Shown: positions 1 through 13,637 of the stretch, piece by piece
Position numbering within the stretch: position 1 is the stretch's first letter
Layout of the letters: each line of letters begins with the position of its first letter
Program-made: the position numbers and the translations under genes
Origin: the human T2T-CHM13v2.0 reference genome, Homo sapiens
Direction: 5' to 3' (one strand)
DNA: 64,000 nt
Assembly (NCBI RefSeq): GCF_009914755.1
Contig: NC_060925.1
Notes under the pieces: model-generated
Told to the model about the DNA's origin: nothing
The model's database searches: none
The model's input: only the letters and a program-made list of their open reading frames with translations

Positions 1-496
1 CATCGAATGGACTGGAATGTAATCATTGAATGGACTCGAAAGGGATCATTATTGAATGGAATTGAATGGAATCATCGAATGGTCTCGATTGGAATCATTA
101 TCAAATGGAATCGAATGGAATCACCGAATAGAATCGAATGGAACAATCATCGAATGGACTCAAATGGAATTATCCTCCAATGGAATCGAATGGAATTATC
201 GAATGCAATCGAATGGAATTATCGAATGCAATCGAATAGAATCATCGAATGGACTCGAATGGAATCATCAAATGGAATGGAATGGAACAGTCAATGAACT
301 CGAATGGAATCATCATTGAATGGAATCGAATGGAATCATCGAGTGGAATCGAATGGAATTATGATCAAATGGAATCGAATGTAATCATCATCAAATGGAA
401 TCAAAAATAACCATCATCAATTGGTATTGAAAGGAATTGTCATCAAATGGAATTCAAAGGAATCATCATCAAATGGAACCGAATGGAATCCTCATT

Positions 497-1432
497 GAAT
501 GGAAATGAAAGGGGTCATCATCTAATGGAATCGCATGGAATCATCATCAAATGGAATCGAATGGAATCATCATCAAATGGAATCTAATGGAATCATTGAA
601 CAGAATTGAATGGAATCGTCATCGAATGAATTGAATGCAATCATCGAATGGTCTCGAATGGAATCATCTTCTAATGGAAAGGAATGGAATCATCGCATAG
701 AATCGAATGGAATTATCATCGAATGGAATCGAATGGTATCAACACCAAACGGAAAAAAACGGAATTATCGAATGGAATCGAAGAGAATCTTCGAACGGAC
801 CCGAATGGAATCATCTAATGGAATGGAATGGAATAATCCATGGACTCGAATGCAATCATCATCGTATGGAATCGAATGGAATCATCGAATGGACTCGAAT
901 GGAATAATCATTGAACGGAATCGAATGGAATCATCATCGGATGGAAACGAATGGAATCATCATCGAATGGAAATGAAAGGAGTCATCACCTAATGGAATT
1001 GCATGGAATCATCATAAAATGGAATCGAATGGAATCAACATCAAATGGAATCAAATGGAATCATTGAACGGAATTGAATGGAATCGTCATCGAATGAATT
1101 GAATGCAATCATCGAATGGTCTCGAATGGAATCATCTTCAAATGGAATGGAATGGAATCATCGCATAGAATCGAATGGAATTATCATCGAATGGAATCGA
1201 ATGGAATCAACATCAAACGGAAAAAAACGGAATTATCGAATGGAATCGAAGAGAATCATCGAATGGACCCGAATGGAATCATCTAATGGAATGGAATGGA
1301 ATAATCCATGGACTCGAATGCAATCATCATCGAATGGAATCGAATGGAATCATCGAATGGACTCGAATGGAATAATCATTGAACGGAATCGAATGGAATC
1401 ATCATCGGATGGAAATGAATGGAATCATCATC
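497..1432 (+). repeat. Internal 468-bp tandem duplication of the unit (sub-repeat A ~497-964, sub-repeat B ~965-1432)
   Basis: GAATGGAAATGAAAGG(G/A)GTCATC at 497 and 965; paired ORF starts 610/1078, 4163/4631 etc. differ by 468. Near-fixed A/B differences: TTCTAATGGAAAGG vs TTCAAATGGAATGG, GGTATCAACACC vs GGAATCAACATC, TCTTCGAACGG vs TCATCGAATGG, GGAAACGAA vs GGAAATGAA. Confidence 0.92.
585..595 (+). promoter_or_regulatory. DUX4-like motif TAATGGAATCA (first of two seen per canonical unit)
   Basis: Fits the degenerate DUX4 consensus TAAYBBAATCA. DUX4 is known to bind and induce HSATII. Binding at this particular site cannot be shown from sequence. Confidence 0.4.
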
Positions 1433-1517
1433 GAATGGAATCGAATAGAATTATGGAATGAAATCCAGTGTGATCATCATCGAATGGACCCGAATGGAAT
1501 CATCATCCAACGGAAGC

Positions 1518-1528
1518 TAATGGAATCA
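1518..1528 (+). promoter_or_regulatory. DUX4-like motif TAATGGAATCA (second per canonical unit)
   Basis: AGC-TAATGGAATCA-AC, recurring once per unit. Motif match only. Confidence 0.4.
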
Positions 1529-4500
1529 ACATCGAATGAATCAAATGGAAACACCACCGAATTGAAACGAATGGAATTACCATGAAATTGAAATGGATGG
1601 ACTCATCATCGAATGGATTCGAATGGAATCATCGAATAAAATTGATTGAAATCATCATCGAATGGAATCGAATGGTATCATTGAATGGAATCGAATGGAA
1701 TCATCATCAGATGGAAATGAATGGAATCGTCATAGAATGGAATCGAATGGATTCATTGAATGGAATCAGATGGAATCATCGAATGGACTGGAATGGAATC
1801 ATTGAATGGACTCGAAAGGGATCATGATTGAATGGAATTGAATGGAATCATCGAATGGTCTCGATTGGAATCATTATCAAATGGAATCGAATGGAATCAC
1901 CGAATAGAATCGAATGGAACAATCATCGAATGGACTCAAATGGAATTATCCTCCAATGGAATCGAATGGAATTATCAAATGCAATCGAATGGAATTATCG
2001 AATGCAATCGAATAGAATCATCGAATGGACTCGAATGGAATCATCGAATGGAATGGAATGGAACAGTCAATGAACTCGAATGGAATCATCATTGAATGGA
2101 ATCGAATGGAATCATCGAGTGGAATCGAATGGAATTATGATCAAATGGAATCGAATGTTATCATCATCAAATGGAATCAAAAATAAACATCATCAATTGG
2201 TATTGAATGGAATTGTCATCAAATGGAATTCAAAGGAATCATCATCAAATGGAACCGAATGGAATCCTCATTGAATGGAAATGAAAGGGGTCATCATCTA
2301 ATGGAATCGCATGGAATCATCATCAAATGGAATCGAATGGAATCATCATCAAATGGAATCTAATGGAATCATTGAACAGAATTGAATGGAATCGTCATCG
2401 AATGAATTGAATGCAATCATCGAATGGTCTCGAATGGAATCATCTTCTAATGGAAAGGAATGGAATCATCGCATAGAATCGAATGGAATTATCATCGAAT
2501 GGAATCGAATGGTATCAACACCAAACGGAAAAAAAACGGAATTATCGAATGGAATCGAAGAGAATCTTCGAACGGACCCGAATGGAATCATCTAATGGAA
2601 TGGAATGGAATAATCCATGAACTCGAATGCAATCATCATCGAATGGAATCGAATGGAATCATCGAATGGACTCGAATGGAATAATCATTGAACGGAATCG
2701 AATGGAATCATCATCGGATGGAAACGAATGGAATCATCATCGAATGGAAATGAAAGGAGTCATCATCTAATGGAATTGCATGGAATCATCATAAAATGGA
2801 ATCGAATGGAATCAACATCAAATGGAATCAAATGGAATCATTGAACGGAATTGAATGGAATCGTCATCGAATGAATTGACTGCAATCATCCAATGGTCTC
2901 GAATGGAATCATCTTCAAATGGAATGGAATGGAATCATCGCATAGAATCGAATGGAATTATCATCGAATGGAATCGAATGGAATCAACATCCAACGGAAA
3001 AAAACGGAATTATCGAATGGAATCGAAGAGAATCATCGAATGGACCCGAATGGAATCATCTAATGGAATGGAATTGAATAATCGATGGACTCGAATGCAA
3101 TCATCATCGAATGGAATCGAATGGAATCATCGAATGGACTCGAATGGAATAATCATTGAACGGAATCGAATGGAATCATCATCGGATGGAAATGAATGGA
3201 ATCATCATCGAATGGAATCGAATAGAATTATGGAATGAAATCCAGTGTGATCATCATCGAATGGACCCGAATGGAATCATCATCCAACGGAAGCTAATGG
3301 AATCAACATCGAATGAATCGAATGGAAACACCATCGAATTGAAACGAATGGAATTATCATGAAATTGAAATGGATGGACTCATCATCGAATGGATTCGAA
3401 TGGAATCGTCGAATAAAATTGATTGAAATCATCATCGAATGGAATCGAATGGTATCATTGAATGGAATCGAATGGAATCATCATCAGATGGAAATGAATG
3501 GAATCGTCATAGAATGGAATCGAATGGATTCATTGAATGGAATCAGATGGAATCATCGAATGGACTGGAATGGAATCATTGAATGGACTCGAAAGGGATC
3601 ATGATTGAATGGAATTGAATGGAATCATCGAATGGTCTCGATTGGAATCATTATCAAATGGAATCGAATGGAATCACCGAATAGAATCGAATGGAACAAT
3701 CATCGAATGGACTCAAATGGAATTATCCTCCAATGGAATCGAATGGAATTATCAAATGCAATCGAATGGAATTATCGAATGCAATCGAATAGAATCATCG
3801 AATGGACTCGAATGGAATCATCGAATGGAATGGAATGGAACAGTCAATGAACTCGAATGGAATCATCATTGAATGGAATCGAATGGAATCATCGAGTGGA
3901 ATCGAATGGAATTATGATCAAATGGAATCGAATGTAATCCTCATCAAATGGAATCAAAAATAACCATCATCAATTGGTATTGAATGCAATTGTCATCAAA
4001 TGGAATTCAAAGGAATCATCATCAAATGGAACCGAATGGAATCCTCATTGAATGGAAATGAAAGGGGTCATCATCTAATGGAATCGCATGGAATCATCAT
4101 CAAATGGAATCGAATGGAATCATCATCAAATGGAATCTAATGGAATCATTGAACAGAATTGAATGGAATCGTCATCGAATGAATTGAATGCAATCATCGA
4201 ATGGTCTCGAATGGAATCATCTTCTAATGGAAAGGAATGGAATCATCGCATAGAATCGAATGGAATTATCATCGAATGGAATCGAATGGTATCAACACCA
4301 AACGGAAAAAAACGGAATTATCGAATGGAATCGAAGAGAATCTTCGAACGGACCCGAATGGAATCATCTAATGGAATGGAATGGAATAATCCATGGACTC
4401 GAATGCAATCATCATCGAATGGAATCGAATGGAATCATCGAATGGACTCGAATGGAATAATCATTGAACGGAATCGAATGGAATCATCATCGGATGGAAA

Positions 4501-5325
4501 CGAATGGAATCATCATCGAATGGAAATGAAAGGAGTCATCATCTAATGGAATTGCATGGAATCATCATAAAATGGAATCGAATGGAATCAACATCAAATG
4601 GAATCAAATGGAATCATTGAACGGAATTGAATGGAATCGTCATCGAATGAATTGACTGCAATCATCCAATGGTCTCGAATGGAATCATCTTCAAATGGAA
4701 TGGAATGGAATCATCGCATAGAATCGAATGGAATTATCATCGAATGGAATCGAATGGAATCAACATCAAACGGAAAAAAACGGAATTATCGAATGGAATC
4801 GAAGAGAATCATCGAATGGACCCGAATGGAATCATCTAATGGAATGGAATGGAATAATCCATGGACTCGAATGCAATCATCATCGAATGGAATCGAATGG
4901 AATCATCGAATGGACTCGAATGGAATAATCATTGAACGGAATCGAATGGAATCATCATCGGATGGAAATGAATGGAATCATCATCGAATGGAATCGAATA
5001 GAATTATGGAATGAAATCCAGTGTGATCATCATCGAATGGACCCGAATGGAATCATCATCCAACGGAAGCTAATGGAATCAACATCGAATGAATCAAATG
5101 GAAACACCATCGAATTGAAACGAATGGAATTATCATGAAATTGAAATGGATGGACTCATCATCGAATGGATTCGAATGGAATCATCGAATAAAATTGATT
5201 GAAATCATCATCGAATGGAATCGAATGGTATCATTGAATGGAATCGAATGGAATCATCATCAGATGGAAATGAATGGAATCGTCATAGAATGGAATCGAA
5301 TGGATTCATTGAATGGAATCAGATG

Positions 5326-5763
5326 GAATCATCGAATGGACTGGAATGGAATCATTGAATGGACTCGAAAGGGATCATGATTGAATGGAATTGAATGGAA
5401 TCATCGAATGGTCTCGATTGGAATCATTATCAAATGGAATCGAATGGAATCACCGAATAGAATCGAATGGAACAATCATCGAATGGACTCAAATGGAATT
5501 ATCCTCCAATGGAATCGAATGGATTTATCAAATGCAATGGAATAGAATCATCGAATGGACTGGAATGGAATCATTGAATGGACTCGAAAGGGATCATGAT
5601 TGAATGGAATTGAATGGAATCATCGAATGGTCTCGATTGGAATCATTATCAAATGGAATCGAATGGAATCACCGAATAGAATAGAATGGAACAATCATCG
5701 AATGGACTCAAATGGAATTATCCTCAAATGGAATCGAATGGAATTATCGAATGCAATCGAATG
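5326..5763 (+). repeat. +219-bp internal duplication giving a 1,995-bp unit (copy 1 of 3)
   Basis: GGACTGGAATGGAATCATTGAATGGACTCGAAAGGGATC occurs twice, 219 bp apart; unit spacing 4631 to 6626 = 1995. Confidence 0.92.
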
Positions 5764-6625
5764 GAATTTTCGAATGCAATCGAATAGAATCATCGAATGG
5801 ACTCGAATGGAATCATCGAATGGAATGGAATGGAACAGTCAATGAACTCGAATGGAATCATCATTGAATTGAATCGAATGGAATCATCGAGTGGAATCGA
5901 ATGGAATTATGATCAAATGGAATCGAATGTAATCATCATCAAATGGAATCAAAAATAACCATCATCAATTGGTATTGAATGGAATTGTCATCAAATGGAA
6001 TTCAAAGGAATCATCATCAAATGGAACCGAATGGAATCCTCATTGAATGGAAATGAAAGGGGTCATCATCTAATGGAATCGCATGGAATCATCATCAAAT
6101 GGAATCGAATGGAATCATCATCAAATGGAATCTAATGGAATCATTGAACAGAATTGAATGGAATCGTCATCGAATGAATTGAATGCAATCATCGAATGGT
6201 CTCGAATGGAATCATCTTCTAATGGAAAGGAATGGAATCATCGCATATAATCGAATGGAATTATCATCGAATGGAATCAAATGGTATCAACACCAAACGG
6301 AAAAAAACGGAATTATCGAATGGAATCGAAGAGAATCTTCGAACGGACCCGAATGGAATCATCTAATGGAATGGAATGGAATAATCCATGGACTCGAATG
6401 CAATCATCATCGAATGGAATCGAATGGAATCATCAAATGGACTCGAATGGAATAATCATTGAACGGAATCGAATGGAATCATCATCGGATGGAAACGAAT
6501 GGAATCATCATCGAATGGAAATGAAAGGAGTCATCATCTAATGGAATTGCATGGAATCATCATAAAATGGAATCGAATGGAATCAACATCAAATGGAATC
6601 AAATGGAATCATTGAACGGAATTGA

Positions 6626-9600
6626 ATGGAATCGTCATCGAATGAATTGACTGCAATCATCGAATGGTCTCGAATGGAATCATCTTCAAATGGAATGGAA
6701 TGGAATCATCGCATAGAATCGAATGGAATTATCATCGAATGGAATCGAATGGAATCAACATCAAACGGAAAAAAACGGAATTATCGAATGGAATCGAAGA
6801 GAATCATCGAATGGACCCGAATGGAATCATCTAATGGAATGGAATGGAATAATCCATGGACTCGAATGCAATCATCATCGAATGGAATCGAATGGAATCA
6901 TCGAATGGACTCGAATGGAATAATCATTGAACGGAATCGAATGGAATCATCATCGGATGGAAATGAATGGAATCATCATCGAATGGAATCGAATAGAATT
7001 ATGGAATGAAATCCAGTGTGATCATCATCGAATGGACCCGAATGGAATCATCATCCAACGGAAGCTAATGGAATCAACATCGAATGAATCAAATGGAAAC
7101 ACCATCGAATTGAAACGAATGGAATTATCATGAAATTGAAATGGATGGACTCATCATCGAATGGATTCGAATGGAATCATCGAATAAAATTGATTGAAAT
7201 CATCATCGAATGGAATCGAATGGTATCATTGAATGGAATCGAATGGAATCATCATCAGATGGAAATGAATGGAATCGTCATAGAATGGAATCGAATGGAT
7301 TCATTGAATGGAATCAGATGGAATCATCGAATGGACTGGAATGGAATCATTGAATGGACTCGAAAGGGATCATGATTGAATGGAATTGAATGGAATCATC
7401 GAATGGTCTCGATTGGAATCATTATCAAATGGAATCGAATGGAATCACCGAATAGAATCGAATGGAACAATCATCGAATGGACTCAAATGGAATTATCCT
7501 CCAATGGAATCGAATGGATTTATCGAATGCAATGGAATAGAATCATCGAATGGACTCGAATGGAATTATCGAACGGAATGGAATGGAACAGTCAATGAAC
7601 TCGAATGGAATCATCATTGAATGGAATCGAATGGAATCATCGAGTGGAATCGAATGGAATTATGATCAAATGGAATCGAATGTAATCATCATCAAATGGA
7701 ATCAAAAATAACCATCATCAATTGGTATTGAATGGAATTGTCATCAAATGGAATTCAAAGGAATCATCATCAAATGGAACCGAATGGAATCCTCATTGAA
7801 TGGAAATGAAAGGGGTCATCATCTAATGGAATCGCATGGAATCATCATCAAATGGAATCGAATGGAATCATCATCAAATGGAATCTAATGGAATCATTGA
7901 ACAGAATTGAATGGAATCGTCATCGAATGAATTGAATGCAATCATCGAATGGTCTCGAATGGAATCATCTTCTAATGGAAAGGAATGGAATCATCGCATA
8001 TAATCGAATGGAATTATCATCGAATGGAATCAAATGGTATCAACACCAAACGGAAAAAAACGGAATTATCGAATGGAATCGAAGAGAATCTTCGAACGGA
8101 CCCGAATGGAATCATCTAATGGAATGGAATGGAATAATCCATGGACTCGAATGCAATCATCATCGAATGGAATCGAATGGAATCATCAAATGGACTCGAA
8201 TGGAATAATCATTGAACGGAATCGAATGGAATCATCATCGGATGGAAACGAATGGAATCATCATCGAATGGAAATGAAAGGAGTCATCATCTAATGGAAT
8301 TGCATGGAATCATCATAAAATGGAATCGAATGGAATCAACATCAAATGGAATCAAATGGAATCATTGAACGGAATTGAATGGAATCGTCATCGAATGAAT
8401 TGACTGCAATCATCGAATGGTCTCGAATGGAATCATCTTCTAATGGAATGGAATGGAATCATCGCATAGAATCGAATGGAATTATCATCGAATGGAATCG
8501 AATGGAATCAACATCAAACGGAAAAAAACGGAATTATCGAATGGAATCGAAGAGAATCATCGAATGGACCCGAATGGAATCATCTAATGGAATGGAATGG
8601 AATAATCCATGGACTCGAATGCAATCATCATCGAATGGAATCGAATGGAATCATCGAATGGACTCGAATGGAATAATCATTGAACGGAATCGAATGGAAT
8701 CATCATCGGATGGAAATGAATGGAATCATCATCGAATGGAATCGAATAGAATTATGGAATGAAATCCAGTGTGATCATCATCGAATGGACCCGAATGGAA
8801 TCATCATCCAACGGAAGCTAATGGAATCAACATCGAATGAATCAAATGGAAACACCATCGAATTGAAACGAATGGAATTATCATGAAATTGAAATGGATG
8901 GACTCATCATCGAATGGATTCGAATGGAATCATCGAATAAAATTGATTGAAATCATCATCGAATGGAATCGAATGGTATCATTGAATGGAATCGAATGGA
9001 ATCATCATCAGATGGAAATGAATGGAATCGTCATAGAATGGAATCGAATGGATTCATTGAATGGAATCAGATGGAATCATCGAATGGACTGGAATGGAAT
9101 CATTGAATGGACTCGAAAGGGATCATGATTGAATGGAATTGAATGGAATCATCGAATGGTCTCGATTGGAATCATTATCAAATGGAATCGAATGGAATCA
9201 CCGAATAGAATCGAATGGAACAATCATCGAATGGACTCAAATGGAATTATCCTCCAATGGAATCGAATGGATTTATCGAATGCAATGGAATAGAATCATC
9301 GAATGGACTCGAATGGAATTATCGAACGGAATGGAATGGAACAGTCAATGAACTCGAATGGAATCATCATTGAATGGAATCGAATGGAATCATCGAGTGG
9401 AATCGAATGGAATTATGATCAAATGGAATCGAATGTAATCATCATCAAATGGAATCAAAAATAACCATCATCAATTGGTATTGAATGGAATTGTCATCAA
9501 ATGGAATTCAAAGGAATCATCATCAAATGGAACCGAATGGAATCCTCATTGAATGGAAATGAAAGGGGTCATCATCTAATGGAATCGCATGGAATCATCA

Positions 9601-12600
9601 TCAAATGGAATCGAATGGAATCATCATCAAATGGAATCTAATGGAATCATTGAACAGAATTGAATGGAATCGTCATCGAATGAATTGAATGCAATCATCG
9701 AATGGTCTCGAAAGGAATCATCTTCTAATGGAAAGGAATGGAATCATCGCATATAATCGAATGGAATTATCATCGAATGGAATCGAATGGTATCAACACC
9801 AAACGGAAAAAAACGGAATTATCGAATGGAATCGAAGAGAATCTTCGAACGGACCCGAATGGAATCATCTAATGGAATGGAATGGAATAATCCATGGACT
9901 CGAATGCAATCATCATCGAATGGAATCAAATGGAATCATCGAATGGACTCGAATGGAATAATCATTGAACGGAATCGAATGGAATCATCATCGGATGGAA
10001 ACGAATGGAATCATCATCGAATGGAAATGAAAGGAGTCATCATCTAATGGAATTGCATGGAATCATCATAAAATGGAATCGAATGGAATCAACATCAAAT
10101 GGAATCAAATGGAATCATTGAACGGAATTGAATGGAATCGTCATCGAATGAATTGACTGCAATCATCGAATGGTCTCGAATGGAATCATCTTCAAATGGA
10201 ATGGAATGGAATCATCGCATAGAATCGAATGGAATTATCATCGAATGGAATCGAATGGAATCAACATCAAACGGAAAAAAACGGAATTATCGAATGGAAT
10301 CGAAGAGAATCATCGAATGGACCCGAATGGAATCATCTAATGGAATGGAATGGAATAATCCATGGACTCGAATGCAATCATCATCGAATGGAATCGAATG
10401 GAATCATCGAATGGACTCGAATGGAATAATCATTGAACGGAATCGAATGGAATCATCATCGGATGGAAATGAATGGAATCATCATCGAATGGAATCGAAT
10501 AGAATTATGGAATGAAATCCAGTGTGATCATCATCGAATGGACCCGAATGGAATCATCATCCAACGGAAGCTAATGGAATCAACATCGAATGAATCAAAT
10601 GGAAACACCATCGAATTGAAACGAATGGAATTATCATGAAATTGAAATGGATGGACTCATCATCGAATGGATTCGAATGGAATCATCGAATAAAATTGAT
10701 TGAAATCATCATCGAATGGAATCGAATGGTATCATTGAATGGAATCGAATGGAATCATCATCAGATGGAAATGAATGGAATCGTCATAGAATGGAATCGA
10801 ATGGATTCATTGAATGGAATCAGATGGAATCATCGAATGGACTGGAATGGAATCATTGAATGGACTCGAAAGGGATCATGATTGAATGGAATTGAATGGA
10901 ATCATCGAATGGTCTCGATTGGAATCATTATCAAATGGAATCGAATGGAATCACCGAATAGAATCGAATGGAACAATCATCGAATGGACTCAAATGGAAT
11001 TATCCTCCAATGGAATCGAATGGATTTATCGAATGCAATGGAATAGAATCATCGAATGGACTCGAATGGAATTATCGAACGGAATGGAATGGAACAGTCA
11101 ATGAACTCGAATGGAATCATCATTGAATGGAATCGAATGGAATCATCGAGTGGAATCGAATGGAATTATGATCAAATGGAATCGAATGTAATCATCATCA
11201 AATGGAATCAAAAATAACCATCATCAATTGGTATTGAATGGAATTGTCATCAAATGGAATTCAAAGGAATCATCATCAAATGGAACCGAATGGAATCCTC
11301 ATTGAATGGAAATGAAAGGGGTCATCATCTAATGGAATCGCATGGAATCATCATCAAATGGAATCGAATGGAATCATCATCAAATGGAATCTAATGGAAT
11401 CATTGAACAGAATTGAATGGAATCGTCATCGAATGAATTGAATGCAATCATCGAATGGTCTCGAATGGAATCATCTTCTAATGGAAAGGAATGGAATCAT
11501 CGCATAGAATCGAATGGAATTATCATCGAATGGAATCGAATGGTATCAACACCAAACGGAAAAAAACGGAATTATCGAATGGAATCGAAGAGAATCTTCG
11601 AACGGACCCGAATGGAATCATCTAATGGAATGGAATGGAATAATCCATGGACTCGAATGCAATCATCATCGAATGGAATCAAATGGAATCATCGAATGGA
11701 CTCGAATGGAATAATCATTGAACGGAATCGAATGGAATCATCATCGGATGGAAACGAATGGAATCATCATCGAATGGAAATGAAAGGAGTCATCATCTAA
11801 TGGAATTGCATGGAATCATCATAAAATGGAATCGAATGGAATCAACATCAAATGGAATCAAATGGAATCATTGAACGGAATTGAATGGAATCGTCATCGA
11901 ATGAATTGACTGCAATCATCGAATGGTCTCGAATGGAATCATCTTCAAATGGAATGGAATGGAATCATCGCATAGAATCGAATGGAATTATCATCGAATG
12001 GAATCGAATGGAATCAACATCAAACGGAAAAAAACGGAATTATCGAATGGAATCGAAGAGAATCATCGAATGGACCCGAATGGAATCATCTAATGGAATG
12101 GAATGGAATAATCCATGGACTCGAATGCAATCATCATCGAATGGAATCGAATGGAATCATCGAATGGACTCGAATGGAATAATCATTGAACGGAATCGAA
12201 TGGAATCATCATCGGATGGAAATGAATGGAATCATCATCGAATGGAATCGAATAGAATTATGGAATGAAATCCAGTGTGATCATCATCGAATGGACCCGA
12301 ATGGAATCATCATCCAACGGAAGCTAATGGAATCAACATCGAATGAATCAAATGGAAACACCATCGAATTGAAACGAATGGAATTATCATGAAATTGAAA
12401 TGGATGGACTCATCATCGAATGGATTCGAATGGAATCATCGAATAAAATTGATTGAAATCATCATCGAATGGAATCGAATGGTATCATTGAATGGAATCG
12501 AATGGAATCATCATCAGATGGAAATGAATGGAATCGTCATAGAATGGAATCGAATGGATTCATTGAATGGAATCAGATGGAATCATCGAATGGACTGGAA

Positions 12601-13637
12601 TGGAATCATTGAATGGACTCGAAAGGGATCATGATTGAATGGAATTGAATGGAATCATCGAATGGTCTCGATTGGAATCATTATCAAATGGAATCGAATG
12701 GAATCACCGAATAGAATCGAATGGAACAATCATCGAATGGACTCAAATGGAATTATCCTCCAATGGAATCGAATGGATTTATTGAATGCAATGGAATAGA
12801 ATCATCGAATGGACTCGAATGGAATTATCGAACGGAATGGAATGGAACAGTCAATGAACTCGAATGGAATCATCATTGAATGGAATCGAATGGAATCATC
12901 GAGTGGAATCGAATGGAATTATGATCAAATGGAATCGAATGTAATCATCATCAAATGGAATCAAAAATAACCATCATCAATTGGTATTGAATGGAATTGT
13001 CATCAAATGGAATTCAAAGGAATCATCATCAAATGGAACCGAATGGAATCCTCATTGAATGGAAATGAAAGGGGTCATCATCTAATGGAATCGCATGGAA
13101 TCATCATCAAATGGAATCGAATGGAATCATCATCAAATGGAATCTAATGGAATCATTGAACAGAATTGAATGGAATCGTCATCGAATGAATTGAATGCAA
13201 TCATCGAATGGTCTCGAATGGAATCATCTTCTAATGGAAAGGAATGGAATCATCGCATAGAATCGAATGGAATTATCATCGAATGGAATCGAATGGTATC
13301 AACACCAAACGGAAAAAAACGGAATTATCGAATGGAATCGAAGAGAATCTTCGAACGGACCCGAATGGAATCATCTAATGGAATGGAATGGAATAATCCA
13401 TGGACTCGAATGCAATCATCATCGAATGGAATCGAATGGAATCATCGAATGGACTCGAATGGAATAATCATTGAACGGAATCGAATGGAATCATCATCGG
13501 ATGGAAACGAATGGAATCATCATCGAATGGAAATGAAAGGAGTCATCATCTAATGGAATTGCATGGAATCATCATAAAATGGAATCGAATGGAATCAACA
13601 TCAAATGGAATCAAATGGAATCATTGAACGGAATTGA
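6626..13637 (+). repeat. Run of four 1,753-bp units (23-bp deletion haplotype)
   Basis: Spacing 6626/8379/10132/11885/13638 = 1753 each. One of two tandem GAATGGAATTATCGAATGCAATC monomers is missing (~7512, 9265, 11018, 12771), with linked variants GGATTTAT, GCAATGG and TATCGAACGG. Confidence 0.92.

Larger units (their letters stand above)
450..2225 (+). repeat. Representative canonical 1,776-bp unit (EcoRI site to EcoRI site)
   Basis: GAATTC at 450-455 and 2226-2231. Once-per-unit landmarks include GGAACAGTCAATGAAC, CAAAAATAACCATC, ATCCAGTGTGATC, CAACGGAAGCTAATGG and CGAAAGGGATC. Confidence 0.93.

Noticed and set aside
747-773. NLS-like peptide GKKRNYR in the ORF translations
   Set aside because: It is simply the translation of the A7 tract in non-coding satellite.
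1635-1640. AATAAA once per unit as a poly(A) signal
   Set aside because: The hexamer is present, but it is expected by chance in A-rich sequence and lacks a clear GU-rich downstream element. It cannot be supported without 3'-end RNA data.
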